Assembly: GCF_018350175.1 (NCBI RefSeq)
Contig: NC_058368.1
Span: 5,270,001-5,334,000 of the forward strand
Length of the DNA stretch: 64,000 nucleotides
From: Felis catus
Lineage: Eukaryota
Direction of reading: 5' to 3'
The stretch's first letter is position 1. The number at the start of each line of letters is the position of its first letter. The position numbers and the translations under genes were made by a program. Positions 13,283 through 26,179 of this stretch are shown here, one piece after another. Under the pieces are notes generated by a model that was given only the letters and a program-made list of their open reading frames with translations, had not been told where the DNA came from and did not search any database.

Positions 13283-14982
13283 GGGACTTTTGAAGACTAA
13301 ATACATGAGGCAAAAAAAGCACACACACAGATATGCACAGGGAACAGTGCCTGGGACACTTGGGATTTTCAGTCAATGTTGGCCTTGTTATCGCTAAAAT
13401 GGGAGATGATGAGGCTTGCGGTTACTATGTGCTAGGAATGCTAAAGCCCTTTGAACTCCAGTTTTGAGAAATGTTTATATCAATCTTAAGAACAAAATAG
13501 TTAGTAGCAAATAAGTTTATTTGGGAATAAGGGAATTGTGATTCAGGACAAGCAAGCTATGGAAAACCATAGGCAAGTCTGAAGCTGAAGGGTCAGCTTT
13601 TATTAGATTTCAGAGATAAATCAACACAGATTAATTGCCTGCTTTGAGAAATTCTTTTAAGTCCCAGGCAGGCCCTTAATATCAGAAAAAGATGGAATAT
13701 TGTGCAATATTAAAGACACTGAACAAGCTTTTCTTTCTTGTGAAGATTATAGGTTTCACATATCAATGTAATACCCATTTAGACTGAGTTACATAGAGTA
13801 ACTAAAGTTACTATTTTTCAGGTTTGGTTTAGTTATTCAAAGTAATGGTTAGTTTTAAGACTAATCATTGCCTACTGAACTTCTGACTAGGGGGAATAAG
13901 TTTGAACAGCTGAATGAAATTGAATTAAGTTCTTTTTGGATTTAAGGGGAGGATAAAGTTTTTTTTTTTTTTCGGATAAAATCTTAGGAATATTTTTGAT
14001 TTTATGATATTTTTTCTTTAACGAGAGAATTGGTGGGTTGGTTCAGCCGATGAAAGCTAATATCTATAATTTAGACCATTGTTTTTTCGTGGCTTACTTT
14101 CCCTATTGAAGATAGGGGTGTAAAAATAAAATTTCATTCTCTGGTATTTGTTCATCATAATTGTTGCCCATCTTACCTGACTTATAAGCTATGTACCCAC
14201 ATGCGTGGAGGCACACACTGAAAACAAGTTGACCATTTTGGATGCCCACTGTGGCCAGACATGTGCCCTGCATTGGGGATCCAAAGGTCAATAGGTTGGA
14301 ACTTGCATGGTAGGAGAGAGAAACAGATGATGGGTGTGTGTGAGAAGAGTCTAGGAGGTCAGAAAATGTAGCATTAGCATTTGTGTGCCTGATGGGAATT
14401 TTAGATGGCAGACCTTCATTAACAGAATTTGACATTTTATCTTTAAAATTTCTCCTCACAGAGAGAAATCGGGAAGCTTTGTAGTTTGTAAAAGGACTCC
14501 ATTCCTTCAACAAGCATCCTTCTCACAAACTGTTCTTGTTCTGCACAGGCAGAGCTGTTTCTGGTAGTCACATTCTCAAATAATGCTGCAGATTCAGTCT
14601 CTCAGGCATGGGCTTTGCTTTTTTTCTTGCACTGATGGTGTGTCGGACAGTTAGACTTCTCTGTAAAAACGTTCCTTTTTGGTTGTAGGATTGGCCGTGT
14701 GGATGACGCTGCCTTTGTTAACACTATACTTGAGCCAAGCTCGGAAGTAGGATGCAGCTAGTTTCAAAAGGTTTTTGCTTCCCCTGCAGGTGTGTTGAAG
14801 TACAAATTTGAAGGGAGAGGTTTTGGAGAATAGATAAGAACTACTATTTGTAAGAGCTAACATTTGTTGAGAACTTCCTGCATGCCGAACACGATTTCTG
14901 TTGACCCAGTATTGAACTCTGTTTTACGGTGGCTGAAACTTAGGCACAGAGTGTTAAAATAACTGGCCCAGGATTCTTAGAC

Positions 14983-15445
14983 TGTTGGGGAGGAACATTT
15001 TTCCTTCTACCTTCTAGATTCTTTGGTCTAATTAAGTGGACATAATTAGGTTAACAGGAAAACAATTAGTTTTGTGCTTAAGGGAGACCCATAAAAATAT
15101 GGGACTCCAGTGTAAGTCAGGCAGTTGAAGCTTTATACGCCGTCATAAGCTAAGGAATGGGATAGAGGGTGGGGGACTCAAAGGGGAGGAGGGTGATCCA
15201 TAAGACAATAGGAGCAGATGTTTGGTCATTAGACGTTTGCCCCGCCATGCACATAGGTCATTCAGATAAAAGTTATCTCTGGTAATAACTCGCTCTCTGA
15301 GCCAGGCTCCCTATTTAAATTCTTTTAGGTAGTTAAGGGAGAGAGGGAGGTTCTTCTTGAGTGCTAGGTCTTGATTGCTTTTAGCTCAAAATAATCTATA
15401 TGCCCAAATGGCATCTTTTGGGCTCCTGTATTATGCTTTCCTTCA
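14983..15445 (-). mobile_element. Probable ERV solo LTR inserted in a MIR (MIR halves approx. 14855-14980 and 15446-15500)
   Basis: TG...CA ends, 463 bp; AAAATAATCTATATGCCCAAATGGCATCTTTTGGG resembles ERV1-class LTR ends; MIR motifs on both flanks. Family and strand are tentative. Confidence 0.6.
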
Positions 15446-15789
15446 TAGCAAACCTAGCAGTCTGGCTGCAGAGCTCATGCTTTTAGCCACGATGCTACAT
15501 CCATTACTGGAATGATACGGAGTCCTACATCCAGAGGTAATTCACATGCGGGTCATACTGATATTTTGTTCAAATCAGAATATGAGGACGTTGACACTTT
15601 GCCTAAGGAAAATCAAACTGAGATCTTTTACTTTTGACAATAAGATAGTGCTACGTGGGAGGGGATGAATGTCCCCCAAGATCCATTCCCCGTGGTTCAT
15701 CCCCATGCTAATTATCACCCCCTATTGAGCCCAAGGAGGTGATATTATTCAGGCCAACTAGATAGAAACATACAGATCCTCTTATAGTG

Positions 15790-16128
15790 ACTGGCATAGA
15801 CTGAATGTTTGTTTCCCTCCACATTTATATGTTGAGACCTAATTCCCAATGTGGTGGTATTTGGAGGTGGGGACTTTGGGAGGTGATGAAGTCATGAGGG
15901 CTTTAGGGATTAGTGCCCTTTGATAAAAGTGACCCCAGAGAGCTTCCAATTCCTTTTACCCTGTGAGGACAAAGCTGGAAGACAGCGGTCTATGAACTAG
16001 GAATCTAGCTCTCGTCAGACAACGAATCTGTGAGCTTTCAAAACTGAGAAATAAATTTCTGCCGTTGATAAGCCACCCAGTTTTGTTGTTGTTGTTGTTG
16101 TTGTTACAGCAGCCTGAATGAAACAAGG
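15790..16128 (+). mobile_element. MaLR LTR (MLT1A/MST-like)
   Basis: GACTGAATGTTTGT...ATATGTTGAGACCTAATTCCCAATGTGGTGGTATTTGGAGGTGGG...AATAAATTTCTG...AAGCCACCCAGT...ACAGCAGCC. Confidence 0.82.
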
Positions 16129-17741
16129 TAGTATCGTGACACCGAATAGTGTCTATAACATTTGGGGAAGTCTTGGTAGCCTAGTGTATTACAATATGGG
16201 GGTGGGGGGAAACCCAAAAGAATATGGACTTTAGAAATGGGTTATGAAGTTGTAGGTTTTTGACCCTACTACAGATGTAGTTCCCAGTTCTTAATTACAT
16301 CCGTGAAATGTTTCGGAATATGAGATTTGCAACTAAACATACTTGATTTGAGTCTTGGCTTAGCTATTGACTAGCTACGTGATCCCAGGTAAGTGCAGTA
16401 CCTTCTTAGAGAGTGTTTCCACTTTTATAAGTCAGTGCCCAGTGAACAGATTTGTTCCAGAGGTTAATTGCTTGGCAGATGTTAATGACTAAATTGGATG
16501 GCAATAATTCCTCCTATGGGCAGGGTCTTCCATCATTGAGGAACTATGTAGCTCTTTTCTCACTCTGCCAAAACACCCATTCTTCTCTCCAGTGTATTCT
16601 TTCGATTTAATATTTGTTGAATAATTGAGTGTCTTGATTTAGTTAGGAAGATACAGTAAACTGTAAACCTCAGATTGTATCAAGGGCAAGCAAGAGAATA
16701 AGGGAATGTAGGGAACAGTCAGGGTGGTGTGGGGGAAGATCAGCCAGATATCTCTCTGGAGGTGATACATGGGTCAAGATATGGGGAAGGGAAGGAGCCG
16801 GCCACTTAGAGAAGAGAGGTGGGGAGGATCCTGGGCAGAGAATAGGGGCAGAAAATGGAGTGGCTGAGCCTAGTGAGAGCAGCTGGCGAGAGCTGGGGAG
16901 CCACCATCACCTTCAGAGTTGCCCCAGCTGTTCACAGCGATGTGTTCTCACCCCCATGGTCCGAGGGCAGGATAGCCCAGACTCCCTAATGTGACCGTCC
17001 CACAGTGCACCAAGGATCTGCATCCTAGTGGGGAAGAGTAAATTATTTCCTCGCAAAGCCTTCCTTTTAAATACTTCCAAAAATACTGTCCCCTTCTGTA
17101 TGGTAAAAATTCCCTTTTCCCTGAACTTGGAAAGAAGGCTCAGGGTAGCGAACGAGCTGCCACACAAGTTACTAAAAATTACCAAAGAGAGTGTCCACGG
17201 CCCTTGTTCCCCTGGAGAAGTGAAGTGAACTCCATATGATAGAGCTCTTCTGAAGGTTTAATTGAAATACTGAGGTGTGGTAGGAGAGGACATGCATAGA
17301 AGCTTTGTCTCATTTAAAAAACACTTTTAAGCTTGTCAAAGAGATTTAAATGACTTACTCAAGCTCAAAGTCCTTGGTGTTACACTGTGTGCTCGGATCA
17401 AGTCCGTGAGGCTGTTTCTGTGGAGGGTTTGTGCAACTCTGGAGAAGCGAGCTAAAGTAGAATTAAAGTGGAAATAGACTGTGAGAGTAATACGTGATAC
17501 TTGAGGCCCAATAGAGAGTATTGGATTGAAATGTTTATATTTCGATTCTTTTGAGGCATAGATAAATTCTACATGCAGTTTTTGACTTGTATGCTTTAGG
17601 TATTCACATCTGAAACTTAAACGTTCAAGTTTATTTGCCTCTATCCGTGTTTGTATTCCTTTGACCTATTTGACTCCTACCCTGACACTTTTAGTTGTGT
17701 GTTTGGGTAGGAAGGGGGAGTCCTGAAAAGCAACATAATGT

Positions 17742-17948
17742 GGGACACCTGGGTGGCTCAATTGGCTTAGCATCCGACTCTTGGTTTTGGCTCAGGTCAT
17801 GTCTTGTGGTTTGTGGGTTCAAGCCCTGTGTCGGGCTGTGTGTTCATAGCGTGGAGCCTGCTTGGGACTCTCTCTTCCTCTTTCTCTGCCCCTCCCCTGC
17901 TTGCGTGAGCACGTTCTCTCTCAAAATAAATAAGTAAACTTAAAAAAG
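17742..17948 (+). mobile_element. Can-SINE
   Basis: Head, CT tract, AATAAATAAGTAAACTTAAAAAA tail. Confidence 0.88.
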
Positions 17949-17958
17949 GCGACACAGT

Positions 17959-18535
17959 TGATGTGTTTTAACACATACCCAGGATTTGCTTTAATCAGGT
18001 AGGATAAGGCAGACGCAGAAATGATGTCAGAAGGAAGAAGCTTGTACTCACACTTCCCTAGAAGCAGGAGGCAGGACACGCCATGCAGGGCCACCTAGGG
18101 AAACACCGTGTCATTCTTGTGGCCGAGGGGGTGAGGGGAAGGCATGGGCAACAGCTGTCACTGTGGTAAGGTGAGACGAGGCATGATACGCAGATTTCGG
18201 CTGGGATAGTTGTAACGATCCCAGCAGCTCTGCGACATGGGACTGCCCCTGGTTGCCCGGTGTCTGACTCTGGGACGACACCAGGGCAGGTGTGATGTGT
18301 GAGAGCTCAGTGAAGCAAGCGGTTGGCGGGTGGGGGCTTCCGGTTGGTTGGTTTGCATATGGAGGATGTGGTCCTGGGAAAACTGCTTGCTACCTCTGGA
18401 GAGAAGGAGGGATGTGATGGCTATGGTAGGGAGCTAACACAGCTACCTCTGAGAGGGGAAGTCTTCTGTGATCAGTGATGCCTTAGATGCCAGGACATCA
18501 GGAATACAGAAAATGAGAAAATATAGTTAGAGTAT
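17959..18535. mobile_element. Possible old ERV(L) LTR remnant
   Basis: Motifs such as GCCATGCAGGGCCAC.TAGGGAAACACC resemble old LTR families; family not assignable by eye. Confidence 0.35.
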
Positions 18536-18860
18536 GATGGGAAGCCTTTAGTTATCTGTAATCAAAGTGAGACCGAATCCACAGACGTTGAATAGCTTGT
18601 ACTGGAGCAAAACACAAGGCCCAGGGGTGAGCTGAACTTCCTCAGACTTGAGGGAAGGGGTTGCTTTTCCCCCCTGGGCTCTGAGGAGAGGTCCTGAAGG
18701 ATGGTTGGGAGAGCCAAGGGTTTCAGAGGGAAGTGTGATTACAGGAGAAGGGAAGAGAAATGCGCATGGTGAGCAGTGGTGGGAAGGCGTGCCTGGATGC
18801 AGGGTGCTGGACCCTTTTTAGTTTGAGGCTGGGGAGCATTAGGAGTTTATCAGCAGCGTG

Positions 18861-19210
18861 GAGGAGGAGCCAAGATGGCGGGACAGCATGGAAGCTTTGT
18901 GTGTCTGGCGTCCATGAAATACAGCCAGACCCACACCGAACCATCCTGCACACCTAGAAAACCGATCGGAGGACTAACACAACAATCCGCACAACCTGAA
19001 CCACAGAATTCAGCAGGTGCGTGGCGGGGAGAGGTGAACCGGGGGAGAGAGAGAGGCAACGGAGGGCAGGGAGCCGCTTTTGCAGGTGGAGAGAGGACGC
19101 AGACTGGGGGGCGGGCGGGGGGGGGGGCAGAATACGGGAAAAGCACCCCTTCCAGAAGCAGCTGGAGAGGAAGTGGAAAGTTGGAAACGGCTGCAGGGAC
19201 TAAACGAAGA
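18861..19210 (+). mobile_element. L1 5'UTR-only (3'-truncated) insertion with 20-bp TSD
   Basis: Starts GAGGAGGAGCCAAGATGGCGG (L1 5' terminus with YY1 core). Flanked by AGGAGTTTATCAGCAG(C/T)GTG at 18841-18860 and 19211-19230. No ORF1/ORF2 and no poly(A). Confidence 0.85.
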
Positions 19211-20064
19211 AGGAGTTTATCAGCAGTGTGAGGCCAGACCCCATGCCCCTCACTTGGCCTCCTGATACTCCTGTTCAAAAGCAAAGCACTTTACTCATTT
19301 CCAAATACTAGTGGTTATTTGGATCGTGGGGGTTTTTGAATGTGGAAGTAGCCAGTATGTCAGAAAGGAGTCAGGTGCCCCTGTATGGGATAAATTCCGG
19401 GGCGCTAATTAGCAGGCGTGAGCTGATGAGGGTTTCCAATAGGCTATGCTGGCCTTGGGAGTGGGGGGGAAAAAAAGGAAACAATGGGGGGCATTTGGCT
19501 ATATTAATTTATCCAGAAGAGACTTCAGGCTGGAAGCTTCATTGTAATGTCATTGTAATGTTACTGGCAAAACGGAAGTCCTATGAAATATCGAAGCCTG
19601 GAATGCTGCAGATGGGCATATGCTCATTTTCTGGTGAGGGGCTCTGTTACTGGCTGTTCTCAAATGGGATTGGAACCCATCAAAAGGAATTTAGAGTCTG
19701 GGGTTTAGCAGATCTGGGTTTGACTCCTCCCTCTGCCATTTTTGGAGGGGGGGGGTGGTGGTGGTGGTGATAAAGGATGAATTAAGCTGCCAGCAGTAAC
19801 TGTTAGGTTCAGAAGAGAATGGTCAAACTCCAGAGGCGCGACTTCCTCTGCCTGAAACACTGACTAACCCATTTCCGCGTGCCCTCTGGGCTCAGGTGTC
19901 ACTTTCTCCATGTCTGTGTTGTGTTACATGCTTGTTGGGGCTGTGGTACCTATCACTGCACCGTGTAATTGCCTGTCTCTAGACCAGCCTCGTGTTAAGT
20001 ATGACGGTGTAGATACAGTGTTTCGTGGATATTGTTTTGCCGTTCCATTTAAAGAGGCATTGTT

Positions 20065-20277
20065 GGCGCACCTGGGTGGCTCAGTGGGTTAAGTGTCCGA
20101 CCTCTGCTCAGGTCACGATCCCGCGGTTTGTGAGTTTGAGCCCCGCGTGGGGCTGTCTGCTGTCAGCACAGAGGCCGCTTTGGATCCTCTGTCCCCCTCT
20201 CTGCCCCTGTCCTGCTCGTGCACATGCTCGTTCCCTCTCTCTCTCTCAAAAATAAACAAACATTAAAAAAAAAAAAA
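20065..20277 (+). mobile_element. Can-SINE
   Basis: Head, CT tract, A tail; TSD GAGGCATTGTTG. Confidence 0.92.
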
Positions 20278-22140
20278 GGAGGCATTGTTGAGGAACCTGA
20301 GTGGGGAAGTTTTAGTTTATTAGTTTGGAGGAGAGAGCACTCAGGGAAGATCTGACCACGCTTTCAGAGGTGAGGGCTCTGGGCTGCCTTGGCAGGTGAA
20401 CATACTGTCTCAGATGTCCAAGCAGGGCTGTGATGTGGGGTGACACGTGTGGGTCTGCGTTCTGATACCGGGGCTAGAGAGGTATAAGATGCCATCTAGC
20501 TTCACCCCCCCACCTTTCATTGTACAGTTGAAACAGAGATTGTGTAACTAAGACACTTCCCCAGACTGGTGTGACAACTTAGGGACAGTTCAACCAGACA
20601 TCCCCTGGTTGCTCTGGGGAGCATCTCCAGAACTGGGTACTGGTTGAGGTCAAACTGGTGATATATCCAAGTGGGATAGCCCCCAGGGGGGGCTGAATAC
20701 AGAGGGAAACAATCTTCCCAGGTGTAAGGATGGAGAGGGAGGTCAGCATGGGGATAACAAATGAGCTGTGAAATAGTATTCCTAAAGAGCTTTCCAGTTT
20801 TAAGAGTTGTCCTGAAGTGGACGTTTGTTCTTTGGGCGAAATACTGAGCATCGATTCTATCTCTGGACCATTGGACCCAAATCCATAAGAACCAAGCATC
20901 TATTTTCACAGGGGGCCAGAACAAGACCTCATTTGCTCCGCAGAGAGAAATAACTTCCTCTTGGAAGCAGTAAGATGTGAGAAAAATACTTAGACACTCT
21001 GGATTCCTTCTCTTGTGGGTCTTTCAGAATTTGAATGCTTGCCATCTACCCTACAATGCTGAAATGGATGGTCACCCAGTGAATTTTGAAGAAAATTGAA
21101 GACCTCGGGTTAAAAAAAAAAAACAAAAACAAAACTACATGGATGGAGTCTGAATACTTAACTAGTTTAGGGTGCCATGTAGCTATGAGTTTGTCGTTGG
21201 CATTCGGTAAATACTGGCATGAAGATGAGCGGGTCTGTGCATCCTGGGCCCAACAGAACAGCTCAGGGCCAGACATGGTGTGTAGATCTTTTAAGAAATC
21301 TTCTCAGATAGGATATCGAGATCGTGAATTCATCATGCTCTAAGAGACTCCATAGAGCACCCAGGTATGTTATGTGCTGGAAAGCATGTTAGAAACATCC
21401 GATTGGGGATTTGCAGTCACTTTCCTGTACTTCATGCCAACGGAATATTTTCCAGTGGTGTTTTTTTTGTGTGTCCCACCACCTCCCGCGTAGTCAGGTT
21501 TTGGACTGAATATTGTCGGTATTCAATGTTGTGTATATGAAAGGTATGAGGATTCAACATTCATAGAATTTTTCAAAAGTTGGTATAGGATTTTGAAAGG
21601 GCACGACTGAATTGGTACCCTAGTTTAAAATTCTTCTTCATCTGCCGTCTATTCCATAGGGTTTTTTTTTTGTTTGTTTTTTTTTTTTGGAGTTGTAGTT
21701 ACGAGGGATTATTCACGAAGAGCAAATTTTATTTTCCTTTCCCTTTTAGAAAGAATATGTGCCATTCAGACTGTCACTGTGTAATGTGATGGGAAAGGCC
21801 ACTTACAATCAATACTCCCCTTCTCGTTCCTTCTAAAATCTTTGCTTGGGTCGGCCGGTGCGAGGCCATCTGAAGCTGCTAACTTTGGCCCATGTTCTCA
21901 GGATCACGCTGTTGATGAGGATTGACAGTTACTAAGGGAACTTCTGCTATATCTTCCCCTATGTAGGGTACTATCCCCATGGCAGTCCCTTCACCAAGAA
22001 TAGTTGTCTTAAATTTAAACTTAAAACTGTGTCTCAGTTTTAAGATGATTGGATTGAGTGTGTCTGAGACTATCTGCTTTGGCCCCTAGTCTCAGGCTTG
22101 CAGATAATAAGACTTATTTTCTTTAGGTTTGTTAGCAAGG

Positions 22141-22169
22141 TTTCTCTCTCTCTCCTTCCCTCCCTCCCT

Positions 22170-22215
<46 letters not shown>

Positions 22216-22225
22216 TTTTTTTTTT
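22141..22225. repeat. (CT)n/CCCT/poly-T pyrimidine tract
   Basis: Directly visible. Confidence 0.9.
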
Positions 22226-22849
22226 GTCACAGCTATTTTCTTATCAGTGGACGTGGCTGGCCCGATCTTTATCTCTATTTTAAGAGACCTACTGGCATAC
22301 ATGTTTTCCTCTTTCTTTCAGTTTCTTTTATTAAAGCCACAAACACACCCTTGATTCATTTTTCTTTATAAGACCATTGTTTTCCCCCTTGGTTTCCATC
22401 CCTTAAGCTTAGAGTCTGGAGTTTAGTTAGTTACAAAGTCTGAATTGTAAAACCCTTTTGCATCGTACAGCTGGTAACGCGGGTCAAAGACACTTTCACA
22501 TGTGGACTCGTGCATTAACCTCAGAGACTTCTTAAAATACAACCCACTAGGACTACTTATCCTTTTTATTTTAGTTCGCTCTCAACTCTTCATTTTTCTT
22601 GGCTTTCAGTAAATCCAACCTAGAGATACTTTATAATACATGCTTTCCTGGCTCTTAGCTCCTTAGTTGTGCTGAACCTTGTTGATGATGGGAGCCTGTC
22701 CATTTATTTCCCTTGCAGAACTGTTGCCATTATGTAACATTATATATTATATAACAATAAGATATTGTTATTCATATCAGACATTCTCTTATCTTTCTTC
22801 CGCACAGGTATTCCTTCTTGCCGTAGAATTATAAATTAGCCATACCTTT

Positions 22850-23077
22850 CTGTTTTGTTTTTTTTTTCTAACGTTTAATTTTTTGGGAGACAGAGAGAGA
22901 GAGAGAGACTGCGCGAGCCGGGGTAGGGGCAGAGAGAAGGAGACACAGAATCCGAAGCAGGCTCCAGGCTCTGAGCTGTCGGCACAGAGCCCGACTCGGG
23001 GCTCGAACTCACAAGTTGTGAGATCATGACGTGAGCCGAAGTCGGATGCTCAACCGGCTGAGCCACCCAGGCGCCCC
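22850..23077 (-). mobile_element. Can-SINE
   Basis: TSD TTAGCCATACCT on both sides. Confidence 0.92.
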
Positions 23078-24639
23078 GTTTAGCCATACCTAAGACCTGT
23101 GACCTAGAAAGGAAAAAAGTCTTCACTTAAGAGTGTAGGAAGGTTAAGTGGCTTCTACAAGCTGGAGCTGGGATTCGAAACCAGCTTTCCACATGCCCTG
23201 CCTGTGCCTTTTTCTCTTTTATTATTCAGAGGAAACTAGATCTAACAAATACTTGATTACTTTTCAATATAAAGGACCATTGCTTTTAGTTTTGCTTAAA
23301 TTCTGATTTTGTGTTTATCGTGGATAGTACCTAATTCTGCTGTCCAGAGTCTTTTCTGATTTCATCGCTGAATGTTGCTTGTGCTCCAGTTCAGTGCCCT
23401 TTTGAGGGGCTCTGACATCTTTTCACCCCTGATCTCATCGTACGGATGATTTAACAGATGTGATTTTTGTCATGCCCCGAACACAAACCACTGATACTTC
23501 CACCCTTTTCGAATTTGATCGATATGTGGAACTGTCTGTGTTCAATCCCAACCTCAGTCTGTGCTGACTCCCTGGGGCTATGTGCCACCTGCCCAACCTA
23601 CCATGGATCACACCAGGAGGCCATGACATGTCTCAGTCATTTGCTTATCTCAGAGAATGGCATTAAGACGGGTGCCACCCACCACTTTTGTCCCAAGTAC
23701 TTGGGAGCAGGAATGGTCGTGAGCTGTGGGTCTGGCCAGTTAGACGTGCACGGAGGGCATCCAGGGACAGATAGATCACTTCGTGATAGAGGCACACGGC
23801 CTTTCTCCTAGAACGCAGCCGGGCATCTGAAGGGGGAGCCGCTGTTTTGGGACAATAGTGTGGCAGAATGTGAGGACACCCAGGATCTGGACATTTGTGG
23901 AGCCGCTGTGTTAGTGCCGGACTGCCTGCCTCTGGGACTTGCGTTCTGAGAGGAAAATCCCCTCTCTCCCCCAGGCGGCTGCGGTGACTAGGTGAATTTC
24001 TGTTTACAGGGAGCAGAATTCAGTTCCTAATTACGAATATTTTTTGTTTTAACCAGAGCATCTGCCTCTTCTCTAAGAGCTCGCATGCATTCACGTTTGC
24101 CTTTCAAAAACTCGGTTTTTGGCAGTAGTCCTTCCATTCTCCTTGGCTTTCAGTAAAAAGGATTTTCTCGGTAATGGCGTCTAATGTGCTTTTCACTTGA
24201 AAATTTGCAAGATTGAGAAATTGGCCACCATATTGAATAGATACTGTGGATGGGTCTTAGATCGACTTTTTGTGTTATGACCGTAGTCGTGTGACCGCTT
24301 TGCCACTAGCCCATAATAATGTCCATTCCTCAAACTAGACCTTATTTATCAAAACATGACTGGGGCTGCTAATTGGAATTACTAATCATGCCAAAAACTG
24401 TAGAAAAGTGCAGGTGTATTTCCCTAAAATGATGACTTACACAGATCAAAACACCAGACACTCATCTGAGAATTTGTACCACAGCATAAGGCGTATATGT
24501 ATATGGCTTGAAGAAAAATCATTAGAGGCCCTTAAAGGGAACCACTTGTTCTGTATTATTTCATCCAGTAATCATGTTCAAATCTGCAATAACCATTTTT
24601 TTAAAAACAGGGAAACTTAGGTTTTTTAGCATTTCTATT

Positions 24640-26170
24640 TGTGGTGTGAATTTCCCAGGGAGAACAAGACAATTTGGGAAAAGAATATCAAGGTAGGAGT
24701 TAGTTACCTTACCAAATGTCAGGACATATACAAACCTACTGTCAATCCAAACGGTATGGGAATTGATGAAGATATCGTGGTGCTAAAAAACATGCCAATG
24801 TGTTACAAAGTGGTATTTCTATTAGGTGGGATAGATAATTATGCTGGTATCATTTATGAAATAATATGCCTGTCTGTCAGGGTAAAGACAAAATTGAGCT
24901 CCTTCCCATATCAGTAAGAATAAATTCTGATTGCAAAAATTAAAGACTGATACTGAAGATCTGTATAAAGAGGGGCACTTGGATGGCTCAGTTGGTTAAG
25001 CGTCTTACTCTTGACTTTGGCTCAGGTCATGATCTCACGGTTCACCGAGCCCCACGTTGGGTTGCACGCTGAGAAATGTGGAGCCTACTTGGGATTCTCT
25101 CTCTCATTCTGTCTCTCTGTCTCTCTGTCTCCCCCTCTCAAAATAAATAAACTTAAAAAATATATAAAGAGAATCTTGGAGACTACATTTCTATAATGGA
25201 AAGATGGAGAAAAATTTAAGACCAAACCAAGGTGCTGTAAATTTTGGGGGGACATATGCATTGTCCAAAACCCTTTTGTAAGTCAGTCCATTAAAAAATT
25301 CACTATACAAACAAGTGGTCTAGAAATGCATTTTATAGAGTTAATAATTAGCTACAACCAAGAATTATTACAGACAGACACTGAACAGATCACCGAACTA
25401 ATAGGAAAATAGGCAAAGTGTATGAGGAAGTGATAATGGACCAAAGCCATGTGGCGTGCAAATGTATGAAAATATGCTCAACTTTGTTGTAATTGAGGAA
25501 CTGCAGATTAATTTGGCAATATGTGTTATTTGGCAGAAGACTGAGTACTGTAAAATGACAATACCTGTTATTGGCGGGGATATGAAGATAAAGAATATTC
25601 CTGTATATTGCTGGTAGAAATGGGAACTTCTACAATTCTTTTGGGAAATAATTTGCCGTCTATTAAAAAAAATTTATGATCGTTTTGGAACAGAAAAAGG
25701 ACATTAGGTAGTAGCTGAGGAAATCTAAAGTATGGGCTTTAGTTAATAATTTTAAAAGCTACATGATCCTTAGATTACCTTAAGTGGAATTAAGAATCTA
25801 TCTCCTAGAAGTAAACTCACCGGCAATCATGGATCTGCACACATGGCTATTTACCATGACCTGTTTTAGGGTGTACAAGTCTGGAAATAAAGTAAATTCT
25901 CACCATAGGATGAATAAGTCAACGGAAGGATATTACATCGTCGTTAAAAATGAATTAGAGCTGTGCCCTTGACTTGCAAGGATTTTGCAGTGTTGAGGAA
26001 AGCAACACTCAGAAAATGGCATATTGTCCCATTTTTGTGGAACATGGCAACTATATATGAACACGTGTCCCTGTCTGTGTATGGTTTTATATACTTTAAA
26101 ATTATGGAAGGGTATACGGGTTATTAAAATAACCACATATAGATGGTTTATGTATATGTATTGGGTTATG
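24640..26170 (+). mobile_element. Highly degraded old L1 ORF2/3' fragments
   Basis: A-rich patches such as GGAAAATAGGCAAAG, ATGAAAATATGCTCAAC and TATTGCTGGTAGAAATGGGAA resemble L1 ORF2 3' sequence; interrupted by a SINE. Confidence 0.55.
24972..25160 (+). mobile_element. Can-SINE
   Basis: Head, CT tract, AATAAA tail; TSD TATAAAGAG. Confidence 0.88.
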
Positions 26171-26179
26171 TGTATATCC

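Noticed and set aside
18875..19231. 118-aa ATG ORF spanning the L1 5'UTR insert as a novel protein
   Set aside because: Expected by chance in GC-rich 5'UTR sequence; it is not L1 ORF1 and ends in the TSD.
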